Positions 47,241-57,500 of a DNA stretch of 64,000 bases are shown here, in pieces. Positions within the stretch are counted from its first letter, which is position 1, and every line of letters begins with the position of its first letter. Source of the stretch: a virus (Duplodnaviria > Caudoviricetes); IMG/VR virus record IMGVR_UViG_3300024262_000013; one strand, given 5' to 3'. The translations under genes were made by a program, and so were the position numbers. A model generated the notes under the pieces. The model saw only the letters and a program-made list of their open reading frames with translations, was not told the origin of the DNA and ran no database searches.

Positions 47241-47544
47241 CATACCAATTATCTCCAACGAACTTTAATTCTACAGAAGCAAACCTTTCTAGTTGAATTT
47301 CTTCATATTCTTCATCGATTAGTTTGTCTGTTTTTATAATGGTATCACACATAGACTTAATAGTTATGTGGTTAGTCGTAGTGTTATCTAATGTTATAGT
47401 ACTAACATTAATTTTATTTTTTACAATAATTACCCCTTCTCCATTAGTTGTGTAGTTTAATCCGTTCACAATTATAGAGTCTGAAACAAACTTTTCTTGA
47501 CCGTTTATTATTTTTTTTATTGGGTATGATTTTGAGATTCCCAT
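47209..47544 (-). CDS. small beta-rich hypothetical protein, probably virion-associated
   Basis: Follows the neck gene in the same operon; overlaps the polB 3' end convergently by 32 nt. Confidence 0.65.
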   Translation of the reverse strand: MGISKSYPIKKIINGQEKFVSDSIIVNGLNYTTNGEGVIIVKNKINVSTITLDNTTTNHITIKSMCDTIIKTDKLIDEEYEEIQLERFASVELKFVGDNWYVMSSDGLKNS

Positions 47545-47545
47545 A

Positions 47546-48658
47546 TTATATTACATACATTTGACGAGGTAGAGCTCGGTACTGTAATGATTTATTAAGG
47601 TTTTCAGCTAAATTAGCCTCTCTTTCCATCATTTTATCTGGTCTTAATCTTTCTAACCTAGCAATTAACTCTTCCATTAATTTACTTTTTTCGTCCTTAG
47701 CCTCTGTAAGTAATGAATCATAATCCATTGTGACTTCAGAATCAGGTGTCTTTAAATTACCACTAAATTTACCTCGGACACGACCTAAAGTTTCTTTAAC
47801 GTATGCGACAAACCATTTCCTAACCCAAGCCTGTGCTGGGTTATTTAACTCCGCCCATAACATCTCATCAATAGGTATATCGGAAGGTAATCTAACAACG
47901 TCAGGGTTATTTGCTAAACAATCTTCCCTATCATCGGTCTCATAATACCAATACCATACTTTATATTCGTTATTTGCTATATTACCAAAATCAAACTCCC
48001 CACCAGGCACATTATAAAGATGTAGTGCTTTTTTACCTTCAGGAAGTGCAGTAATACGGTATGTTAACTCACCACTTATAATTCTTCGTTTTAAATTTAT
48101 GTCTTGCATTCTAAGTAATATATCAAATGCGGGTGTTATAGCATAATTTCCAGCTGAACCCATTTGTGAGAAACCGGCACCACCACCGAGACCTCCACCA
48201 CCCATGCCTCCCATACCACCCATAAATGGGTCGAAAAAAGCCGCGTCTAACTCCGCACGAGTAAACCATAAAATTTCATTAACTTCTCTACCTGCGGGTA
48301 TTTCATATATTTGTTGACCGTTTACGAGGTTAATATAATCCCTTTTAAGTATATAGTCACCACCCGCTTGTAGTCCAACAATTTTAGAATATGCGTAAGT
48401 GTATTGAGTTTCCCAATCTAAGGAACGTGTGGTAAATGCCCTTGTGACGGATTCTTCATCTAAGTTCATCCCATAAAGAGATGTCCATTGTGATTCAATT
48501 AACCAATCATTCACATATTGGGCGTAATCTTGAATTGAAAACTCTAATAGTGAGTCCATCATTTCATCTTCGACTTCTACACTACGTATTGGTGCACCTA
48601 GTAGGTGTTTTACACGAGTATATAGTTTTGTTCTTTGTGGTTCATTAATTACTGACAT
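47546..48658 (-). CDS. neck/head-tail adaptor (T4 gp13-like)
   Basis: RVKHLLGAPIRSVEVEDEMM resembles the gp13-type LGAP..VE N-terminus; TATTTATA 15 nt upstream. Confidence 0.75.
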   Translation of the reverse strand: MSVINEPQRTKLYTRVKHLLGAPIRSVEVEDEMMDSLLEFSIQDYAQYVNDWLIESQWTSLYGMNLDEESVTRAFTTRSLDWETQYTYAYSKIVGLQAGGDYILKRDYINLVNGQQIYEIPAGREVNEILWFTRAELDAAFFDPFMGGMGGMGGGGLGGGAGFSQMGSAGNYAITPAFDILLRMQDINLKRRIISGELTYRITALPEGKKALHLYNVPGGEFDFGNIANNEYKVWYWYYETDDREDCLANNPDVVRLPSDIPIDEMLWAELNNPAQAWVRKWFVAYVKETLGRVRGKFSGNLKTPDSEVTMDYDSLLTEAKDEKSKLMEELIARLERLRPDKMMEREANLAENLNKSLQYRALPRQMYVI

Positions 48659-48699
48659 ATGTATGTTTTCTTTATAAATATTAAGAAAACTACATTTCT

Positions 48700-50262
48700 T
48701 TAATTAATATATTCAGATGATTCGTTAAAAACGTATCTACCGTTAATTATTTTGGTAGAATTATTCTCAAAAACAACAGTTCCTAACTTATCACTATGGA
48801 AAACTAAGTAATCTGTTTTATAGGGCTTAACGTTACCAGTACCATAAACAACCACTTTACCGTTTCGTTTATTAACACCGTTAAATGGTTTTATTTGTAT
48901 GGTTTTAGACCCTTCAGGTAATTGGACAATTGCATCAATACCTTTAATCATATCATCAACATCACCTAATTCCCCAACTTTTTTAACTTTCTCGGTTTTA
49001 AAAATTTCTCTTAAACTTACAACCGCATCTACTTCACGTTTATCACCAAACTTATTAGTTTTATCTAAACCAGACATGATAGTTTTAAATGTTGGGGAGT
49101 CTGAATTAAAAATGCTATATCTTAATTCAACTAAATATTTATTTAATCTATCTACTTCCGATAATTGTTGGTTACGGTTTTTATCGTTAAAATTAATGGC
49201 ATCGATACCATATTTTCTTAAGTACTTATTAATATCACTAACTAATGTACAAAACGCAGTATAATTAGTGTTTAATTTATTAATAACTGAACGACCTTTT
49301 TGTTCGTAATCGTAAATACCTGACATTTGACCTTCAGAGTACTTATTTTTTTCATACCAATATTCTGAAAAGACCTCTTTTAATATATCCATAATGGTAT
49401 ACATAAAACGTTTTTTAATTTCAGGATTAGTATTAAATAGTCGTCTATATGTTTGAACTTGATTTCTATTACATCCGGCACTTGCCCCTTCAGAGATAAT
49501 ACTTTTTACGATTTTTGTCTCATTTAATTTTTTTGATGTTTGAGATACGTATAATTCGTTAACGTAATCCCAATTAATTACCGACCAAAAATTCCTTATA
49601 TAATCATCTCTTTTATTACGATATTTTAAGTAATATGCGTGTTCCCAGGTATCTAAACAAAGTAATGGATAACCACCATTTTTTACAACATCCATTAATG
49701 GGTTATCTTGGTTCGGTGTTGACATAACTTTTAATCTACCCGATTTAGTCAGAACCAACCATGTCCATCCAGACCCGAAGTTTTTAAGTGCCTCATTACT
49801 AAATATTTTTTTAAATTTTGGAAAATTATCAAAATCTTTGATTATCTTATTGTAGATTTCTCCATGAGCTTTTTGTTTTTCAGGTGACATGATTTTCCAA
49901 AAAAGTGAGTGGTTAAATACTCCTCCACCATTGTCTCTGATTGTTTTATTATATCTCGATATACCTTTTATTATTTGTTCTAATCCAATATCTCCATCAA
50001 TTTTACTTGATAGAGCGTCATTTAATTTTTTTACGTATCCTTTATAGTGTTTGTTATAGTGAGTATCCATAGTTTCTGAGTCTATAAATCTCTCTAAGGC
50101 AGAATAAGAGTACGGCAATTTTTCAATACCTATTTTTTTCATTTCTGTTAAAATTTCTTTAGGGAATTGCGAGTTTTTGTGATTAACTTCTGTTAATTCT
50201 TCTCGGCTATTTAATTTATGTTCTATAAATGAGATTTTATTTATTAATCTTTTGAACTTCAT
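48700..50262 (-). CDS. sod: Mn/Fe superoxide dismutase fused to a 40-aa leader and a C-terminal PD-(D/E)xK-like domain
   Basis: LPYSYSALE, HYNKHY, GGVFNHSLFW, GSGWTWL, NQDNP and DTWEHAYY show all four metal ligands. The C-domain has GDKRE...DDMIKGIDAIV...TIQIKP. Confidence 0.9.
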   Translation of the reverse strand: MKFKRLINKISFIEHKLNSREELTEVNHKNSQFPKEILTEMKKIGIEKLPYSYSALERFIDSETMDTHYNKHYKGYVKKLNDALSSKIDGDIGLEQIIKGISRYNKTIRDNGGGVFNHSLFWKIMSPEKQKAHGEIYNKIIKDFDNFPKFKKIFSNEALKNFGSGWTWLVLTKSGRLKVMSTPNQDNPLMDVVKNGGYPLLCLDTWEHAYYLKYRNKRDDYIRNFWSVINWDYVNELYVSQTSKKLNETKIVKSIISEGASAGCNRNQVQTYRRLFNTNPEIKKRFMYTIMDILKEVFSEYWYEKNKYSEGQMSGIYDYEQKGRSVINKLNTNYTAFCTLVSDINKYLRKYGIDAINFNDKNRNQQLSEVDRLNKYLVELRYSIFNSDSPTFKTIMSGLDKTNKFGDKREVDAVVSLREIFKTEKVKKVGELGDVDDMIKGIDAIVQLPEGSKTIQIKPFNGVNKRNGKVVVYGTGNVKPYKTDYLVFHSDKLGTVVFENNSTKIINGRYVFNESSEYIN

Positions 50263-50299
50263 TTTCTTTTAATTATAAATAATGGTCAATTAGAAATCT

Positions 50300-52063
50300 T
50301 CATCGTCTTACTGATATTTGATTTATAATTTGTTCCATAATGTCTCCTCTATCTTCGTTATCACCCATAACTGTCTCAAATATATTCTTTTTTCGAGACA
50401 AAATATCATAAATCGCCCCTTCAATAGAATTTTCAAAGATTGGGTAAAATACTGAAACATTTGAATTTTGACCATATCGATATGCCCTATCTTCGGCTTG
50501 TGAGTGGTCTGAAGGTACAAAAGATAAGTCATTCATTATAACGGCTTCCGCAGCCGTTAATGTTATACCAACACCAGCAGCTTTTAAATTACCGACAAAG
50601 ACTTTAATTTTATCATTTTCTTGGAATTGGTCTACCGAGTTTTGTCTGGCAATTTTACTCATTTTTCCATCTAACTTAACCGCTTTGTTCCCGAAATGGT
50701 CGGTTATTCTATTTAAAACGTTAGTAAAATTTGTGAATACAATAACTTTTTTCCCCTGCTCAATTATATTTTCAACTAATTCACAGGTCTCATTGACTTT
50801 ACTCTCAGCGATGACTTGTCTTACTTTCATTAGTTTAGAGAATTGAACGGTTAATGATTTCTGTTCACTGTCATCTTCAATCCAATTATAATATTCACCC
50901 ATTAGTCCTTCATAGTCTCTAGACTTTAAATTTAAATAAATTGGTGTAATTATTTTATCAGGTAAATCTAAAATGTCTTGTTTTAATCTTCGTAGTACAT
51001 GGGTTTTAGTTCTATCACGTAGTTCAGTTAAATTAGATGACCCATTTACGTTCCAAACTCTACGGTTACCTACATTAAATTGGTACCCCTCACAATATCT
51101 AATAACATAAGCCATCCAATTATATGCAACGGGGGACTCAACTAAATTTAGTAAATTATAATAATTTATAGGTCTCGATGTCATTGGGGTTCCCGTTAAT
51201 AACCACACTTTACCTATTGAATTAATTATGTCGTTAATAAGTTTAGTTCGTTTAGCTTGTACATTTTGTATATAATGGGCCTCATCCACAACTACTAAAT
51301 CAAACCCTTCTTGTAGAATAATAGATTCTTCTTTATTTTTTAAGTCATGGAAATTTTTTAAAATATCGTAATTTATTATTACAAAGTCGGCGCTCTCCCA
51401 TTTCTTACCCTCAACAATTGATATTGTTTTATCAGTATAATTTTCAATTTCTCTTTTCCAATTAAATTTTAAAGATGCCGGACAAACAATTAAAACTCTT
51501 TCTACTCCAGATTCTAAAGCGGCTATTACTGTAGAAGTAGTTTTACCTAAACCCATATCATCCGCTAAAATATATTTATCATGTGTTGCCAATTTTTCAA
51601 TTGACTCTATCTGATGTTCTAACGGTGGACGATGAGAATATTTTGAATAGTCAATCGATACTTTTAGGTTCTCTTGAGTTTTAATCAATGATACACGAGG
51701 TAACCAAAATGAGTGTAATTTTTCACTCTCAAAGATTTTACCCCAAATGTGAAAGGACTTATCTTTTTCAACTAAAAGTTTTTCAACAAATATTTTTTCA
51801 GGTACTTTTGTAAGTAACTTATCCTCCATCATTTTTTTACCAAAATAACTATCTAAATCAACCCATTTTCTTGCTATTTTTGGGACAAGATTATGGTAAG
51901 TATTAATATAGTCTGATTGGGCTCTTGTGAGTTTAAAATGTTTCTGTTCTCTAAACTTCTTTTGAATAGATTGTATATAGTTATTGAACCCATCGTATAC
52001 TTCTAATATACGTTGAGCCCTTACTTCAGGTATTTTGGATAATTTATCTTTATTACTTTCCAT
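50300..52063 (-). CDS. SNF2-family helicase/ATPase
   Basis: LADDMGLGKT, VVDEAH, LTGTP, GVGITLTAA and QAEDRAYRYGQ motifs. Start set at MESNK (52063); the track start is 52087. Confidence 0.93.
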   Translation of the reverse strand: MESNKDKLSKIPEVRAQRILEVYDGFNNYIQSIQKKFREQKHFKLTRAQSDYINTYHNLVPKIARKWVDLDSYFGKKMMEDKLLTKVPEKIFVEKLLVEKDKSFHIWGKIFESEKLHSFWLPRVSLIKTQENLKVSIDYSKYSHRPPLEHQIESIEKLATHDKYILADDMGLGKTTSTVIAALESGVERVLIVCPASLKFNWKREIENYTDKTISIVEGKKWESADFVIINYDILKNFHDLKNKEESIILQEGFDLVVVDEAHYIQNVQAKRTKLINDIINSIGKVWLLTGTPMTSRPINYYNLLNLVESPVAYNWMAYVIRYCEGYQFNVGNRRVWNVNGSSNLTELRDRTKTHVLRRLKQDILDLPDKIITPIYLNLKSRDYEGLMGEYYNWIEDDSEQKSLTVQFSKLMKVRQVIAESKVNETCELVENIIEQGKKVIVFTNFTNVLNRITDHFGNKAVKLDGKMSKIARQNSVDQFQENDKIKVFVGNLKAAGVGITLTAAEAVIMNDLSFVPSDHSQAEDRAYRYGQNSNVSVFYPIFENSIEGAIYDILSRKKNIFETVMGDNEDRGDIMEQIINQISVRR

Positions 52064-52109
52064 ATTGAGATATTTATAATATAACAATAAACTATGTATT
52101 TATCAATAT

Positions 52110-52625
52110 ATGAGTAACAGAAAGATACCTATAACACGATTAGAGAAGTTTTTTGGGTCCGAAGATTTTGGTTTAGAACAAAGTATGGGTCGAGAATGGC
52201 TTGAGGGTGACATGCATTTTACTATAGTTTTATATCGGGTTGACCGACAAAAAACAAAAACTGACGATGTTTATGGTGAATCATTAGAAGATGGAATACA
52301 ATTTTTACCACCTGTAGAGTTTAAAGGTTATGTTACCATTGAGTCACCTGATAATCAAAATTATGCTAGTTCTAACTTATCTCAAATGGAGCCCGGGAAC
52401 TTAAAAGTGGGTGTCTATCAAGAATCATTAGATGAGTTAAATATCGACATTGATTATGGTGATTACTTAGGGTATTATGAAACTGAGGACCGAGTAAGAT
52501 ATTATTCAGTTGTAAATGACGGCCGAGTTGTTAGTGATAATAAACATACGTATGGAGGTTACAAACCTTTCTACCGAAGTATAATTGCGGCACCTGTTAA
52601 TGACGGTGAATTTAGAGGGATATGA
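52110..52625 (+). CDS. putative head-closure/neck protein (T4 gp14-like position)
   Basis: VLYRVD...DDVYGES pattern; late motif at 52097; upstream of the tail terminator. Confidence 0.5.
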   Translation: MSNRKIPITRLEKFFGSEDFGLEQSMGREWLEGDMHFTIVLYRVDRQKTKTDDVYGESLEDGIQFLPPVEFKGYVTIESPDNQNYASSNLSQMEPGNLKVGVYQESLDELNIDIDYGDYLGYYETEDRVRYYSVVNDGRVVSDNKHTYGGYKPFYRSIIAAPVNDGEFRGI

Positions 52626-53182
52626 AAAAATTAATAAAAGAGATAAATTTAATTAAAAGTTGTATGGTACATATGTGTGAAGGTATCGAGGGCGAAAAAG
52701 TTGTGTGTGATGATTGTGGTTGGTCTTGGGATTTAAGTGACGGTGGGGATGACCCATATATTTGTCATAAATGTGGTAACAATAATCAAGAGGTAAACTA
52801 CGTAGGTGAAAAAGTTATGGTTTATTATAATTTACATAAACACACATTTTCAGTTTCATATAAGGGTAAAATTGTTATGTATGCCGATTACGTTAAATTA
52901 AATGACGTAGAGTTTAGAGTTAGACAGGGAGGAAAAGAAAAAGTAAGGGATGAGATGAGAAAAAATGTCCACGCGTTTGTTATCGGAACCTTAGTGGAGT
53001 TTTGTAATTACCCGTGTGAAGATTTACCCGATGAGCCAAATGAAAACATAATCACTTATAATCCGTATAAGTACGATTCATTCGTCAGAAAGGGAAGTGA
53101 AAAACCAATCTATAACGCTAATGAGGTTGAGATGATTAACTCTAAAAATAAAGTTTTTTTTATAAGTGAAAATAAAAAATAA
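52622..53182 (+). CDS. hypothetical protein: leader, CxxC...CxxC zinc ribbon and a conserved-looking C-domain
   Basis: CDDCGWSW...PYICHKCG; YYNLHKHTFSV...RKNVHAFV. Confidence 0.7.
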   Translation: MKKLIKEINLIKSCMVHMCEGIEGEKVVCDDCGWSWDLSDGGDDPYICHKCGNNNQEVNYVGEKVMVYYNLHKHTFSVSYKGKIVMYADYVKLNDVEFRVRQGGKEKVRDEMRKNVHAFVIGTLVEFCNYPCEDLPDEPNENIITYNPYKYDSFVRKGSEKPIYNANEVEMINSKNKVFFISENKK

Positions 53183-54222
53183 TGGGATTACCTAAAAACG
53201 TAAAGAAACATTTACCCTTAACTCTCAATAAGATTCTGCTTAAAAGGAGGGAAGAGTTGTTGGAACAAATTGAAGAAAATGGGACTTACTTACCTAAATC
53301 TATTCTACACGCCGATTTAGATAGGGGTATGTTAGATTTCGTAAAGAATGAATTAGGTATTTCAGTAAACGGTAAAAATATAAGTAATATTGATTTAATT
53401 ATTACTACCCAAAATTGGGCACAATTTACTGAAACATGGAATTTTCAAGATTTAGATAAAAATATACAACCACCCTTTGTTGCCACAGTTAGAAATCCTG
53501 ATGTTAAATTTGGGACTAACCCATCCTTACAATATACAATACCTAATCGTAGACAATTTTACTACGCTAAAGTACCCACATGGGATGGTCAAAGAAAGGG
53601 TATGGACATTTACAAGATACCCCAACCTGTGCCCGTAGATATAACATTTAACGTTAAAATATTCTGTAATAGAATGAGGGAACTGAATGATTTTAATAAA
53701 AAAGTCTTACAGAAATTTTCATCAAGACAAGCATATACCGAAATAAAGGGACATTATATCCCAATGATTTTAAACAGTTCGTCTGATGAATCTGTTTTAG
53801 AATTGGAGAAAAGAAAGTATTACGTACAAAGTTATGAATTTCTAATGATGGGGTTTCTATTGGATGAAGAAGAGTTTGAGGTTTCACCGGCAATTTCAAG
53901 AACCGCAACTATCTTTGAGGTTGACACATTGAATACTGGTCGGAAAGTAGAGAAGTATCCTTCTAATCCAAATAATTTTGATTTAGACATACGTTTTATT
54001 AATGGCGTTACATCTTTAACGGAGACTTATAGGTATGAGATTAACTTATCTATTTTAGAGAGTACTAATGTCGATAGTTACTCCACATACATTAATGGTA
54101 ATTATATTGGTGACGATGTTCCGGTTATTAAGGTTTCAACTAATGACTCAATCAAAATTGATGTAGTAAAGAATGATAATAGTAAGGAGTCAGTTTTAAA
54201 AGCTAAAGCTCGTTTACTTTAG
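53182..54222 (+). CDS. tail terminator/sheath stabiliser (T4 gp15-like)
   Basis: PQPVPVDITFNVKIF...ELNDFNKKVLQKF resembles the gp15 PVP.N..F.L core; lies upstream of sheath. Confidence 0.7.
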   Translation: MGLPKNVKKHLPLTLNKILLKRREELLEQIEENGTYLPKSILHADLDRGMLDFVKNELGISVNGKNISNIDLIITTQNWAQFTETWNFQDLDKNIQPPFVATVRNPDVKFGTNPSLQYTIPNRRQFYYAKVPTWDGQRKGMDIYKIPQPVPVDITFNVKIFCNRMRELNDFNKKVLQKFSSRQAYTEIKGHYIPMILNSSSDESVLELEKRKYYVQSYEFLMMGFLLDEEEFEVSPAISRTATIFEVDTLNTGRKVEKYPSNPNNFDLDIRFINGVTSLTETYRYEINLSILESTNVDSYSTYINGNYIGDDVPVIKVSTNDSIKIDVVKNDNSKESVLKAKARLL

Positions 54223-54372
54223 TTACTCACCATAAATATCCTTTTCTTCTTTACACTTTTCTTCAATTAATTTCTCAATGAATTTATATAACGTAAAACC
54301 GTGTTTTTTACAGTAGAGTTTTAATGTCTCATGAGACTCAGGTGAAATTTTTATGTTTTTTATTTTACTCAT
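54223..54372 (-). CDS. 49-aa ribbon-helix-helix-like protein (not in the ORF track)
   Basis: Manual translation gives MSKIKNIKISPESHETLKLYCKKHGFTLYKFIEKLIEEKCKEEKDIYGE; TATTTATA at 54423-54430 on the - strand. Confidence 0.7.
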   Translation of the reverse strand: MSKIKNIKISPESHETLKLYCKKHGFTLYKFIEKLIEEKCKEEKDIYGE

Positions 54373-54507
54373 AGGTGTTTTTTTAAAAAGGTAGAAAAAA
54401 GGTAGAAGTTTTTCATACTCTTTATAAATATAGTCTTAACATAATAGTTTTTTGGTATTTTTCATAATATTTATCAATAAATAAAAACTTAAGAAAAAAA
54501 TTACACA

Positions 54508-57500
54508 ATGGCAACATCTAACAAAGTATTTGTATCTCCGGGTGTTTATACATCAGAAAGAGATTTAAGTTTTGTAGCACAAAGTGTGGGAGTCACAACT
54601 CTTGGGTTAGTAGGTGAAACAATTTCGGGACCAGCGTTCGAGCCGATTTTCATAACTAATTACGATGAGTTCCAATCCTATTTTGGTGGTACAAATCCAA
54701 CTAAATTCGTAAATACTCAGATACCTAAGTACGAGGCAGCTTACATAGCGAAATCATATCTACAACAATCAAATCAATTGTTTGTTACTAGAGTACTTGG
54801 TTTATCAGGGTACGACGCGGGGCCTTCATGGTCAATAACAACTATCGGTAACTTAGATAGCTCAGGTACAACGGCAACAGGCGTTTTAGGACCTTTCTCT
54901 ATTTCATTTACAGGAGTTTCAGGAACATCCACAAGTGTTGGAGTAAATTACTCAGCATTACCTATCAGTATTACGGATGTGATAACTAATCCATATACAA
55001 CATATACGGGTGGAGAGTCCTCTATTATTCGTGATATGGATAGATATTTATATTCGGAGATTGTAAATAACACGACTTCAGGAGAAACATCTTATTTTTG
55101 GGGAGCGGTAAGTGCCTCCACATTTAATAGTACTACAGGCGATACGGTTAATCAAACAGGGGCTCTTGGGTCAGTTAATACTAATGTATTTAATGTAGAA
55201 GATATTCTTTTTGAATCTTGTGATTTAACCGCATCGGTTAATGACCCATGGTATTACGCATTATTTACTGAAACTGCTAACGTGTATAACGGTACAGGTT
55301 TTGGTATGGGTGTAACATCAATGACGAATGTAGGTCTTAACTTCCAAGGTACGGCTAAAGTTTATGTAACAAGCTATTCGGGTACACCATATAGCGGTTA
55401 CCACGATGTGGTAGTTGCAACTTTACGTTCAAGAGGTATAGATAACTATACAAATGATGACGGACCAGTTTATGAGGTATCAGGGGTAACTGACGTTCTT
55501 TTAGATTGTACAGGAGCGTATTCTGGTATATCCACTAATCCTTTTTCGACTTTTGCAGTCTCTGCAACAACTACCGATGGAGATAACTTTATATTCCAAA
55601 CATCATTTAACTTATCTAGTTCAAACTACCTTTCAAAGGTATTTGGTAAATCAAATTTTGCGAAACCGAAATCAGAGGTACCATTATTTGTTGAGGAAGA
55701 ATATTATAACTTATTAAATACGGGGTATCGTTTAGGTAAAGTCCGTGGATTAAGTTGTGACCTAGTTGATTTACCAAGTGCTAGACAAGATTTAGCAACC
55801 AATACAAGTATCGGATGGTACTTAGAAAGATACCAAACACCTGAAACACCTTATTTCGTTTCTGAATTAAGAGGTAATCAAGTTTACAATATGTTTAAGG
55901 TATTAACCATATCTGATGGTAACACCGCAAATAGAGAGATAAAAGTCTCTATTATGAACATTTCATTTAATAATGGGACATTCGATGTAGTTGTACGTGA
56001 TTTCTTCGATACCGATGCTAACCCAGTAGTTTTAGAGAAATTTACTAACTGTACTATGGATATGAATCAAAATAGTTTTGTAGCTAAAAGAATTGGTACA
56101 TCTAATGGGGAGTTTGAGTTAAGGTCAAGATTTATAATGTTAGAGATGAATGAGGACGCACCTTATGACTCACTACCTTGTGGTTTCCGTGGATACCAAA
56201 CTAGACAATACTCAGGAGTTAATTCACCATTCTTAGAATATAAAACAAAATACGACACACCAGGTGAAGTTATTTGGAACCCACCATTTGGTGCGGCGAC
56301 AGGTACTGACAATGAAACGAGAAGTTCAGGTGATAGAGTAAGAAGAACTTTCTTAGGTGTTTCAAACACCGTAGGGATTGATTCAGATTTCTTACAGTAT
56401 AAAGGAAAACAAAACCCTACAAATTTAGGGACCGCAACTGATTCACAACCATGGGGTTACCTTACTAAAGGTTACCATATGGATTCAGGAGCAACGGTTA
56501 TTATGATTTCTTCTAATTATATTACGTCAGGTGAAACGGCTTTTGAAGTTGGGGACGCGAGTTTCGATTCAGAACCAACTGAAGGTAGTCCATATTTTAG
56601 ATTAAATGCACGTAAGTTCACAGTAGTTCCATCAGGAGGTTTCGATGGATGGGATATTTATAGACAATATAGAACTAACGGTGACAGATATCAATTAGGA
56701 GCAGCAGGATTTAGAAAAGGGGCGGCACCATCGATAAGTTATCCAACCGCAACAGGATGGGGAGCGTTTAAACAAATTGTAGGACCAGACCAATTAACTT
56801 GGGCTAACACAGATTATTACGCTTACTTATGGGGTCAATATACATTTAATAATCCTGAATCAGTTAACATTAATGTGTTTACTACACCAGGTATTGATTA
56901 TGTAAATAACTCAAACTTAGTTGAGTCAGCAATTGATATGATTGAACAGGATAGAGCAGATTCAATTTATCTCTGTACTACACCTGACTATCAAATGTTT
57001 ACACCTTCATTAGGTAGTTTTGATACTGACTTTATTTACCCTGAAGAAGCGGTAGATAATTTAGTAGACACAGGAATAGACTCTAACTACACAGCAACTT
57101 ATTATCCATGGATACTTACGAGAGACACGGTTAATAATACACAAATATATCTTCCACCAACAGGTGAGGTTGCTAGGAACTTAGCATTAACTGATAATAT
57201 AGCTTTCCCATGGTTCGCATCTGCGGGTTACACAAGAGGTTTAGTTAACTCAGTTAAAGCACGTAAGAAGTTAACACAAGAAGATAGAGATGTACTATAC
57301 CAAGGTAGATTAAACCCAATTGCAACCTTCTCCGATGTTGGTACTGTAATATGGGGTAACAAAACTTTACAAGTTAAAGAATCTGCACTTGATAGAATAA
57401 ACGTTAGAAGATTACTACTACAAGCACGTAAATTAATTTCGGCTGTGGCGGTAAGATTATTGTTCGAACAAAATGACGAACAAGTAAGACAAGAATTCTT

